From an uncultured Candidatus Saccharibacteria bacterium (lineage in GTDB: Bacteria; Patescibacteriota; Saccharimonadia; Saccharimonadales; AWTP1-31): a stretch of DNA of 64,000 nucleotides. The stretch lies in contig CAYPDT010000002.1 in assembly GCA_964409615.1 (NCBI GenBank), forward strand, positions 1,226 through 65,225, given 5' to 3'. Below, one piece after another: positions 52,308 through 59,962 of this stretch. Positions within the stretch are counted from its first letter, which is position 1; every line of letters starts with the position of its first letter. The position numbers and the translations under genes were made by a program. Under the pieces are notes generated by a model. It searched no databases. It was given only the letters and a program-made list of their open reading frames with translations, and was not told where the DNA came from.

Positions 52308-54644
52308 ATGGGACAAGATGAGGAACGTACAGGCGTCTTTATAGTCATCGAGGGGACGGACGGCTCGGGCAAAGGCACTCAGTTTGCATTGCTTGCAAAA
52401 AGACTACAAGAACAGGGCTACGATGTGGCCACCTTTGATTTTCCACAGTACGATAAAGAATCCAGTTATTTTGTACGGCAATACTTAAACGGACACTACG
52501 GCACAGCTGAAGAGGTCGGACCCTACACTGGCTCACTGTTTTACGCACTCGACCGCTATGAGGCAGCGGCCAGCATCCGGCAAGCGCTTAGCGAAGGGAA
52601 GGTGGTTTTAGCCAATCGTTTTACCGGATCGAACATGGCCCATCAAGGAACAAAATTTAACAATCACGAAGAACGTCGTGGTTATTTTATATGGCTAGAT
52701 AACCTAGAGTTTGTCATGCTCAAAGTTCCACGGCCCGACAAAAGTTTCGTATTACGAGTACCGGCCGACATTGCCCAGCAGCTGGTCGACCAGAAAGAAG
52801 CACGTAGTTATACCGACAAAAAGCGAGACCTCCACGAAGCAGACTTATCCCACCTCCAACGTGCCGTAGAAGTCTACGACGACATGTGCCAGCTATTCCC
52901 ACGTGACTTTCAGCGTATCGATTGCGTACGGAGCGGTTCATTCCTCAGTATCGAAGCGGTCAGTGACCTGCTGTGGGAAACCGTTGTTCCGTTCTTACCA
53001 ACTAAACCAGGCCACTCATCCAGCAGCGCAATAGGCACAACACCCAACCCTTACATACAAAAAGATGCCTTAGGCCAGAGCAAGATTACTCAAGCAGGTA
53101 ACGACTTTCTAAACAACGCAGTAACTGATGTCAGCGGTAATATCTACGCCTTTACCAATACACTCAGTCCAACTTTAGTTGCTGCCGCCATGGCCCGACT
53201 CAGTCGACGAGGCGATGATTTACGACATATAATTTTAGAAGAGTTTGCTCAAGCTAACAACAAAGACAATGCGCTACTGCATCGTGTTATCACTGAATAT
53301 GGAGATGATTCGGTTCAGCAATTAGTCAGCTTACATTTGGTCGTCGAAAAGGCCTCGAATCTTCTGACAAAAAAATTAGAATGGGGCAGGCTAGCTGCCT
53401 ATTTGGAACAATCCACTCGCTATATTTACTTTGACCAGAAGGATGCCAGCGGAGAGTACCAATACCACACGCCAAGCACTTTCGGTCATGAACTACGTGG
53501 AGCTTATCAACTAGGAATGAACACCATTTTTGATAAATACTCTGAGTTGGTTAGTGGTCTTGTAACCTATCTGCAACAAAACTCTGCAACCCCAGAAGCT
53601 GAACGCGATACGGCATGGCGTAACGCAATCCGCGCTCAAGCCTGCGACGCAGCACGGCCAGTTTTGCCGGTTGCAACAACAGCAACAGTTGGCATCCATG
53701 CATCTGGTCAAGCTGTCGAAAACCTCATCATGAACTTACTTGGCGATGCACTTCCTGAAGCTCAGCAAGCTGGCAAAGAACTGCTTGCACAGGCTAGAAA
53801 AGTCATACCCACATTCCTCGAGCGTGCTGACGTACCCGAGCGTGGAGGGGCGACAAGTGCCTATCGAGCCACCACCCGTAATAATCTCAAACAATTAGCC
53901 AACGACCTACTGCCCGGGCAGTTTGGACAATACGAAGAACCTGTACGCCTGACAGGCGTGTGGCCGCGCAACGAGCTAGATCTTGTAGCAGACATGCTTT
54001 ATGAGCACAGTCACTTATCGCTCAAAGAAATTGAAGAACAGGTTGCTAACTGGCCCTACGATACAAAAGTTTCAGTACTAAACGCATATATGGGCGAGCG
54101 TCTTAATCGTCGCCAGCGGCCAGGTCGAGCTCTCGAAAAAGCACATTACAGTTGGGATATCGTCTGCGACTACGGTATTTTCCGCGACCTTCAACGGCAC
54201 CGCATGGTAGATGATTTACAGTGGCAACAACTTACTCCACGATATGGCTACGAAATGCCAAAACTCGTTGAAGATGCTGGCCTGAGTGAATTATTCGAAG
54301 ATTGCTTTGATATTAGCCTACGATTACACAGTGAGCTACAGGCTGCAGGCTATGACGACGAGGCACAATATGCCACACTTCTCGGCCACCGCATGCGCTG
54401 GAAAGTGACATACAACGCCCGCCAGGCATTTCATATACACGAGCTTCGCACCAGTCCACAAGGTCACCCGGGATACCGTAAACTAGTAAAAGAAATGCAT
54501 AATAAGCTTGCGGAAGCGCACCCGCTTATTGCCGAAGCAATGCGGTTTGTTAACCACGGGGACGACCCCGAACTAACCCGCTTAGCAGCAGAACGCTACA
54601 ACCAATTCAAGCAACTTCAGGCTAAACAGACTCCTCCGCAGTAA
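52308..54644 (+). CDS. fusion protein: thymidylate kinase (N-terminal) plus two tandem ThyX-like (Thy1 fold) domains with degenerate motifs
   Basis: Tmk part: VIEGTDGSGKGTQ and YALDRYEA. ThyX-like copy 1: WGRLAAYLEQSTRY and ARPVLPVATT. ThyX-like copy 2: RHRMVDDLQWQQLTPRY and HIHELRTSPQGHPGYR. GGAGGG RBS before the ATG at 52308. Confidence 0.7.
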   Translation: MGQDEERTGVFIVIEGTDGSGKGTQFALLAKRLQEQGYDVATFDFPQYDKESSYFVRQYLNGHYGTAEEVGPYTGSLFYALDRYEAAASIRQALSEGKVVLANRFTGSNMAHQGTKFNNHEERRGYFIWLDNLEFVMLKVPRPDKSFVLRVPADIAQQLVDQKEARSYTDKKRDLHEADLSHLQRAVEVYDDMCQLFPRDFQRIDCVRSGSFLSIEAVSDLLWETVVPFLPTKPGHSSSSAIGTTPNPYIQKDALGQSKITQAGNDFLNNAVTDVSGNIYAFTNTLSPTLVAAAMARLSRRGDDLRHIILEEFAQANNKDNALLHRVITEYGDDSVQQLVSLHLVVEKASNLLTKKLEWGRLAAYLEQSTRYIYFDQKDASGEYQYHTPSTFGHELRGAYQLGMNTIFDKYSELVSGLVTYLQQNSATPEAERDTAWRNAIRAQACDAARPVLPVATTATVGIHASGQAVENLIMNLLGDALPEAQQAGKELLAQARKVIPTFLERADVPERGGATSAYRATTRNNLKQLANDLLPGQFGQYEEPVRLTGVWPRNELDLVADMLYEHSHLSLKEIEEQVANWPYDTKVSVLNAYMGERLNRRQRPGRALEKAHYSWDIVCDYGIFRDLQRHRMVDDLQWQQLTPRYGYEMPKLVEDAGLSELFEDCFDISLRLHSELQAAGYDDEAQYATLLGHRMRWKVTYNARQAFHIHELRTSPQGHPGYRKLVKEMHNKLAEAHPLIAEAMRFVNHGDDPELTRLAAERYNQFKQLQAKQTPPQ

Positions 54645-54739
54645 CTAACCAATGATCGGCAATGGCTCTTTTGTGGTAATTGTTATATAATTTACTATGA
54701 TTTATCAGGTTAATTTACAAGGCTGAAGAGAGGATCATT

Positions 54740-55648
54740 ATGGCCAATCACCAAGATTACTTAGAGTTCGCATTCTTACAAGGCAAGATTATCCCATTCA
54801 AGGACGCCAATATTTCGGTGGCGACCAACGGCTTGCAATATGGTATGGGTATTTTCGGTGGCATTAAAGGCTACAAGCAAGCTGATGGTTCAATCGGTAT
54901 CTTTAGACTAGACGACCACATCGAGCGACTTCGTAAAAGTGCAAAAATTTTACGTATGCCTTTTGATTTTGATGCCGAAAAAATTAAGTCAACTTTTATT
55001 GAATTAACAAAAAAGAATGCTCCAAAAGGCAATGTCTACTACCGCCCCTTTATCTACCGAAGTGACATTGCTCTCAGCCCTGCTGTTAGTGGCGATTACG
55101 ATATGACCCTCTACATGCTAAATATGGCTGATTATTTCGATAAGTCACGCGGGCTCAAAGTTTGCGTGTCTGCCTGGACTCGTAACAGCGATAATGCACT
55201 TCCACCCCGCACAAAAGCAAGCGGTGGATATGTTAATGCCGCCCTAGCAATGCATGATGCCACTACGGCTGGCTTTGATGCCGCTGTCATGCTAGATAGC
55301 TCTGGTCATGTTGGTGAAGGTGCAGTTATGAATATCTACGTCGTTCGTGACGGCAAGATTATCACACCAAATGTCACAGCCGACATCCTAGAAGGCATAA
55401 CGCGTCGCACTGTCACTGAGCTTGCCGAGAAACTCAACATTCCAGTTGTCGAACGCGCTATAGATCGAACCGAACTATACATTGCCGATGAAATTTTCTT
55501 CTCAGGCACCGCCACTGAACTCAGTTGGGCAGAGTCAGTCGATAATGTGGCTATCTGTAGCAAACCGGGCCCGATTTTTAGCCAGCTCAACAAAGCGTTC
55601 GATGAGCTTGTTCATGACAGCAAAAATCCACACTTAACCATTGTTTAG
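54740..55648 (+). CDS. class IV (fold type IV) PLP aminotransferase (branched-chain amino acid or D-amino acid aminotransferase)
   Basis: FRLDDHIERLRKSA, TKASGGYVN and LEGITRRTV motifs; 302 aa. Confidence 0.8.
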   Translation: MANHQDYLEFAFLQGKIIPFKDANISVATNGLQYGMGIFGGIKGYKQADGSIGIFRLDDHIERLRKSAKILRMPFDFDAEKIKSTFIELTKKNAPKGNVYYRPFIYRSDIALSPAVSGDYDMTLYMLNMADYFDKSRGLKVCVSAWTRNSDNALPPRTKASGGYVNAALAMHDATTAGFDAAVMLDSSGHVGEGAVMNIYVVRDGKIITPNVTADILEGITRRTVTELAEKLNIPVVERAIDRTELYIADEIFFSGTATELSWAESVDNVAICSKPGPIFSQLNKAFDELVHDSKNPHLTIV

Positions 55649-55729
55649 TTCGGTCTTTAGCAACTCACAAGAAAAGCACGAAGCAAAGGACCTATACTAA
55701 GTTATATTTTAGTTGTATAATATACTTTT

Positions 55730-56323
55730 ATGGCACGTCCTCATTTTCCTTGCTCCAACCCAGCAGACTTACAAGCTCCAGAAGAATTCCTGGAGCAGGA
55801 GTTACAGCACGGCAATCGATTCCCAGTTTGCAACATATCTGGGCCGATTTTTGACGCTCTGTTAGCCGAGGCAATTGCTGTAAATGACTCCGCGTTCGCA
55901 CGTAATGTAGGCTTTCTTGAAGTTAATTACCAACCACAAAGTGACGAAACGATTGCGTTGACCCAGATGATGCACCGTGTTGCGCTAATGGGATTAGTCG
56001 TCAGTGCTCGTGAGCCGCGTCGTGAAATTACTCGCTTGTTTAAAAGTGGTGATGCCGGAATTCATGTCGACTACGGCTTTGGGAATTTAGTCAACCTAAC
56101 CGCAGAAGGCCAAAGAGTTACGACGCATTTTGATAATGAGGTTAGAGACTCCCAGGCAAAACTCCTCCGAGTGGGTGACATCTCGGTAATCCCAAGTCTT
56201 ACGGCGCCGTACTATTTACAATCCGTACCACACGAGGTAGCCAGTTCTACCGAAGGCGGCCTAGTCTTGCAGTGCACCGCAATCTTTCCGCTGCGTGATC
56301 AGCGAGCTGGCTTACTAGCTTGA
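55730..56323 (+). CDS. hypothetical protein (197 aa)
   Basis: ORF with a possible HxD...H arrangement (GIHVDYG ... VPHEV). The family assignment is not secure. Confidence 0.45.
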   Translation: MARPHFPCSNPADLQAPEEFLEQELQHGNRFPVCNISGPIFDALLAEAIAVNDSAFARNVGFLEVNYQPQSDETIALTQMMHRVALMGLVVSAREPRREITRLFKSGDAGIHVDYGFGNLVNLTAEGQRVTTHFDNEVRDSQAKLLRVGDISVIPSLTAPYYLQSVPHEVASSTEGGLVLQCTAIFPLRDQRAGLLA

Positions 56324-56503
56324 CGCCGTGCACCCTAAGGTTTACCATCGAAGCTATGATTATCACACAACAAGCACAACTCCTCCTCAGACTTCCACGG
56401 CTGTGCTTCAGTGTGATTGAAGCCTGAGCGAGAGCTTCAAGTACAGCTAACCAGTCAGGCTTCAGCGCCTGATTTTAACTTTACAAAAAATGAAAGAGGA
56501 GCA

Positions 56504-56728
56504 ATGGGAATTGAAGATAGCCGATTCAGGGGCTTTACAGAATCAAACCGCGCAACCGACCGACTTGAAGCAGTACGGAGCGCCGAAATCGAACGAATAC
56601 GTCGCGACGGCAGCCTGCACGGGCAATCAGGCCGGTTAGCGGTTGCGCAGCATGTCACAGAAGTGCCAGAAGCCTGCGAACAAGTACGACCCGTCGAAGT
56701 GGTAGACGTGCAAGGCGAGATATTGTAA
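56504..56728 (+). CDS. hypothetical small protein (weak call; the track start at 56417 is a TTG)
   Basis: The ATG at 56504 is preceded by AGAGGAG. No motif recognised. Confidence 0.3.
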   Translation: MGIEDSRFRGFTESNRATDRLEAVRSAEIERIRRDGSLHGQSGRLAVAQHVTEVPEACEQVRPVEVVDVQGEIL

Positions 56729-56758
56729 TCAACACTCTAAAAATGTATCACTAACAGA

Positions 56759-56788
56759 TTGACTTGTGGCCTATGTAGTTGCTATAAT
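56759..56788 (+). promoter_or_regulatory. promoter candidate for rplJ-rplL
   Basis: TTGACT, 18-nt spacer, TATAAT. Confidence 0.55.
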
Positions 56789-56978
56789 GTACTCATCGTT
56801 ACCAAAGACAGTAGCTGACAATGAGTAATCAACGTCTTAATTTGCTACCGAGGTAGAAACATTATGTTTCAGCACTCTCATTAAGTCCTTGGCACGCTCA
56901 AGGACTTTTTAGTTTAGCGGTAACGTGAAAAACAATATAGGTCGATAGTTTTTCAAAATATACAAAGGAGAATTATCC
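56789..56978 (+). promoter_or_regulatory. structured rplJ 5' leader with an internal terminator hairpin (L10-leader-type autoregulatory element, candidate)
   Basis: 190-nt untranslated leader containing AAGTCCTTG-GCACGCT-CAAGGACTT followed by TTT (56883-56910), 68 nt before the rplJ ATG. Confidence 0.45.
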
Positions 56979-57503
56979 ATGGCATTGACTAAGGATAAAA
57001 AGCAACAAGTTGTCGAAGAAGTAGCTGATTTACTCAGTGATTCTAAGCTGACTGTTGTTGCAGCCTACCAAGGTACAACCGTTAAAGCACTACAGCAATT
57101 GCGCCGTGATGCTCGTAACGACTCTACTGCGGTTAAGGTTGTAAAAAACCGCCTCGTTATCAAGGCTATCGAGAAGAACGAAGCCCTAAAAGACGTTGAT
57201 ACCAGCGCTCTTAAAGGTCAGTTGCTCTACGCTTTTAACGCAACCGATGAAGTAGCTCCTGCTAAGGTATTGGCTGAGTTTGCAAAAACCAACCCGACAC
57301 TCCAATTTGTTGGCGCAATTAGCGTTGATGGCAAATTTATGAGCGCCGAAGAAGTTACTGCACTCGCAACCCTACCAAGCAAGACACAGCTTATCGCTGG
57401 CATCATCAATACCCTTAATGGCCCAGTCAATGGCGTCATGAGTGGTCTTGGTGGCAATTTACATGGTTTGCTCAAGGCTATTGAAGCCAAGGCAGCCAAC
57501 TAA
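56979..57503 (+). CDS. rplJ: 50S ribosomal protein L10 (uL10)
   Basis: 174 aa; [20 protein letters not shown] motif; followed by rplL. Confidence 0.95.
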   Translation: MALTKDKKQQVVEEVADLLSDSKLTVVAAYQGTTVKALQQLRRDARNDSTAVKVVKNRLVIKAIEKNEALKDVDTSALKGQLLYAFNATDEVAPAKVLAEFAKTNPTLQFVGAISVDGKFMSAEEVTALATLPSKTQLIAGIINTLNGPVNGVMSGLGGNLHGLLKAIEAKAAN

Positions 57504-57519
57504 CGAAAGGAATAATCCC

Positions 57520-57894
57520 ATGGCAGATTTAAAGAAATTTGCAGAACAGCTCGTAGGTTTGACTGTTCTTGAAGTAAACGAACTCGCAACCATCCTTAAG
57601 GATGAATACGGCATCGAGCCAGCTGCTGCAGCTGTTGCTGTTGCTGGTCCTGCTGCTGACGCTGCTCCTGCAGAAGAAGCTAAGAGCGAATACGATGTTG
57701 TCCTCAAGGACGCTGGCGCTCAAAAAGTGGCTGTTATCAAGGCTGTTAAAGACGCAACTGGTCTTGGTCTTGGTGAAGCTAAAGCTCTTGTAGATGGTGC
57801 TCCAAAGACCATCCTTGAAGCTGCTAAGAAAGAAGACGCCGAAACTGCTAAGAAAGCACTCGAAGCTGCTGGCGCAACTGTAGAACTAGTCTAA
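57520..57894 (+). CDS. rplL: 50S ribosomal protein L7/L12 (bL12)
   Basis: [18 protein letters not shown] start, Ala-rich hinge, and C-terminal domain [27 protein letters not shown]. The track start at 57442 lies inside rplJ. Confidence 0.96.
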   Translation: MADLKKFAEQLVGLTVLEVNELATILKDEYGIEPAAAAVAVAGPAADAAPAEEAKSEYDVVLKDAGAQKVAVIKAVKDATGLGLGEAKALVDGAPKTILEAAKKEDAETAKKALEAAGATVELV

Positions 57895-57913
57895 TCTATT
57901 TCTCAAACTTAAA

Positions 57914-57940
57914 AGAGACCTCTCGGGGTCTCTTTTTTTT
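57914..57940 (+). terminator. Rho-independent terminator after rplL
   Basis: AGAGACC-TCTCGG-GGTCTCT followed by an 8-T run. Confidence 0.9.
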
Positions 57941-57960
57941 ATTCAGAATTCAGTTTATAA

Positions 57961-58506
57961 CTACGATTCTGGAGGTGCTACTGCTGGCAAGCTGACGGCC
58001 GTCTCCGCCGACGCCTTCATGCATGCATTATGAGCGCCGTCATAACCTTCTACCGTAAAGCCACAATTGAAGTTACAGCCAATATGTGGGCAAATAAATC
58101 CTATTTGTTCGTCACTGCGCCGAACGAGCGACTCGTCGAGAAGCTCAGCTATTGCCTCAGGTTCTTCTTTTCGGCGGTCCCAAATATCGTTTACGCACAC
58201 CTCTTGCAGAGCACAGACGCCCACTAAAGAAGTTGTATCATCGCTAACATGTATCCGCGCCTCGGCAGAACACCCTTTTCGGACGCATTCTACCAAGCTT
58301 GGTACTCTAGTGTTTGAACGTTGAAATACTTCACCGTAAGAAGATAGTGCTTCCAAGGAAGCCACTCGAGGGTCCTCAAAGCCAGAAAAGCTTGTGTCGA
58401 CTGCACGAGCAGCCAATTCTGCCACACACGGAAATTCATTATTGTGCCGATTAAAGCCATCTTTAATTTTTTTACGCTCTGCTTCTGCTTCGGGTGATAT
58501 AGCCAT
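57961..58506 (-). CDS. hypothetical Cys-rich protein (about 181 aa)
   Basis: The start at MAISPEAEAERKK is preferred. The upstream 67 codons in the track ORF overlap the divergent gene's promoter region and start. Confidence 0.45.
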   Translation of the reverse strand: MAISPEAEAERKKIKDGFNRHNNEFPCVAELAARAVDTSFSGFEDPRVASLEALSSYGEVFQRSNTRVPSLVECVRKGCSAEARIHVSDDTTSLVGVCALQEVCVNDIWDRRKEEPEAIAELLDESLVRRSDEQIGFICPHIGCNFNCGFTVEGYDGAHNACMKASAETAVSLPAVAPPES

Positions 58507-58656
58507 AGCGCATAATGTATCATGCTGTCGTACATTTATCCACAGGTCATGGGTATTTTGCTTTGACACAAAATGCTGTGCATGGTACGTTTGGGGTAAG
58601 TGTAGAGAGAGACACTGGGGACAAAAAGGGCAATAGAGAAACAAAGCGAGACAAAA

Positions 58657-59166
58657 ATGGCAGATGTACCAGACAAACAAATCAAACGAATGCGGAGCCT
58701 TATTCAAGAGGCCGAAACCAGCCTAGCGGCCGCTAAAGAATTACTAATCAGCCTTGTGGGTGATGATTCCGTGGTAACGGCGACTGCAAAAGACGATAAC
58801 CTTGGCAAAATTATCGAAGGCGTCTTTGATGGTCAAAACATGGTTGGATCTGATGGCAAAATTTATCCTGTGCCAGCAAACTACGCTAGCAAGTCTAAGC
58901 TTGTACAAGGCGACATCCTAAAGCTAACTATTGCTGACGACGGCACCTTCTTATACAAACAAATCGGACCAATTCCGCGAAGACAAGTTGTCGGGACCCT
59001 CGAACTAAAAGATGGTCACTATCTTGTAACCGTCGGTGACCACTCTTACCGCGTACTCCTTGCTAGCGTTACCTACTTTAAGGCTAAGCCTGGCGACCAA
59101 GTTAGCGTCAACGTACCAGAAGAAGACCCGCAAGCAGAGTGGGCTGCCCTCGAAGCCGCTCTCTAA
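58657..59166 (+). CDS. hypothetical protein (169 aa)
   Basis: N-terminal helical segment followed by a beta-rich region (GDILKLTIADDGTFLYKQIGP). No motif recognised. Confidence 0.5.
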   Translation: MADVPDKQIKRMRSLIQEAETSLAAAKELLISLVGDDSVVTATAKDDNLGKIIEGVFDGQNMVGSDGKIYPVPANYASKSKLVQGDILKLTIADDGTFLYKQIGPIPRRQVVGTLELKDGHYLVTVGDHSYRVLLASVTYFKAKPGDQVSVNVPEEDPQAEWAALEAAL

Positions 59167-59188
59167 TACAAGCCTGAATATATTCGTT

Positions 59189-59923
59189 ATGTTCAAGCGC
59201 TCCGAAGAAAAACTACATCGATTGCAGAATAACCAGAACGACTGGGATGGCATAGCAGACGAAGATTTAAATGTTTTTCAACGTGTCGCTAAAAAGACTA
59301 AGGGTATAATCACGGTTGGTAATACCATTACCACAGTTGGAGCGGGGCTTTTTACCATGGCAATGATTGATATAGCCAATGGCCAAAAAGAAAAGGCTGC
59401 CATCGGGCTCATAGGATCACGGGTTTGTGATTTAGGTGACGGGTACGGTGCCGACATAACCGGAACCAAAGGAAAGATTGGCCGCGATTACGATCCGACT
59501 GTGGACGCCGCCGAACTGATGATTGGAGCGCCAATCTTAACAGCCTATGGAGCGATGCCGCTCATACCTACCATTGCTATGACCGTACCAAAAGTTATTG
59601 AAAGTGCAGCTTCAATCAATGCGCGAAAGCGCGGAATCGAAGTCAATCCTACCGACGAGGGCAAATTAGGCGCTGGCCTGATGTGGTTTGGCATCGGCTC
59701 ATTTATAGCGAGATTCGCTTTCGAACGTCACCTACCGGGATATATTGATACTGGCTTAGAGGGCATCGGTTGGGCAGGCACCATAGGAGGCGTTGTCATT
59801 AAGGCTCCTGCCACTATGGAATATTGGGAGGCCGGTTTTGGCCCGATGCCACAACAGATTGAGGAGTCTGGTGGTGCATTACCTCAAACGCAGCATGAAC
59901 AGATAGTCGACGAACAGGCATAA
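59189..59923 (+). CDS. CDP-alcohol phosphatidyltransferase family membrane protein (signature variant)
   Basis: CDLGDGYGADITGTKGKIGRDYDPTVD fits D-x2-DG-x2-A-[R>D]-x8-G-x3-D-x3-D. Several TM helices. The ATG at 59189 avoids overlap with the previous gene. Confidence 0.6.
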   Translation: MFKRSEEKLHRLQNNQNDWDGIADEDLNVFQRVAKKTKGIITVGNTITTVGAGLFTMAMIDIANGQKEKAAIGLIGSRVCDLGDGYGADITGTKGKIGRDYDPTVDAAELMIGAPILTAYGAMPLIPTIAMTVPKVIESAASINARKRGIEVNPTDEGKLGAGLMWFGIGSFIARFAFERHLPGYIDTGLEGIGWAGTIGGVVIKAPATMEYWEAGFGPMPQQIEESGGALPQTQHEQIVDEQA

Positions 59924-59962
59924 TCAACAACAGACGATTCGCCACGAAATAGCTATAATAGT

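Noticed and set aside
58507-58707. 67-codon Cys/Phe-rich N-terminal extension of the minus-strand ORF 57961-58707
   Set aside because: It overlaps the start of the divergent gene at 58657 and the likely shared promoter region. The internal ATG (MAISPEAEAERKK, 58506) gives a cleaner divergent arrangement. This remains uncertain.
59036-59188. Upstream start for the CDP-alcohol phosphatidyltransferase-like gene
   Set aside because: It would overlap the preceding gene (58657-59166) by 131 nt in another frame. The ATG at 59189 follows that gene's stop and precedes the first TM segment.
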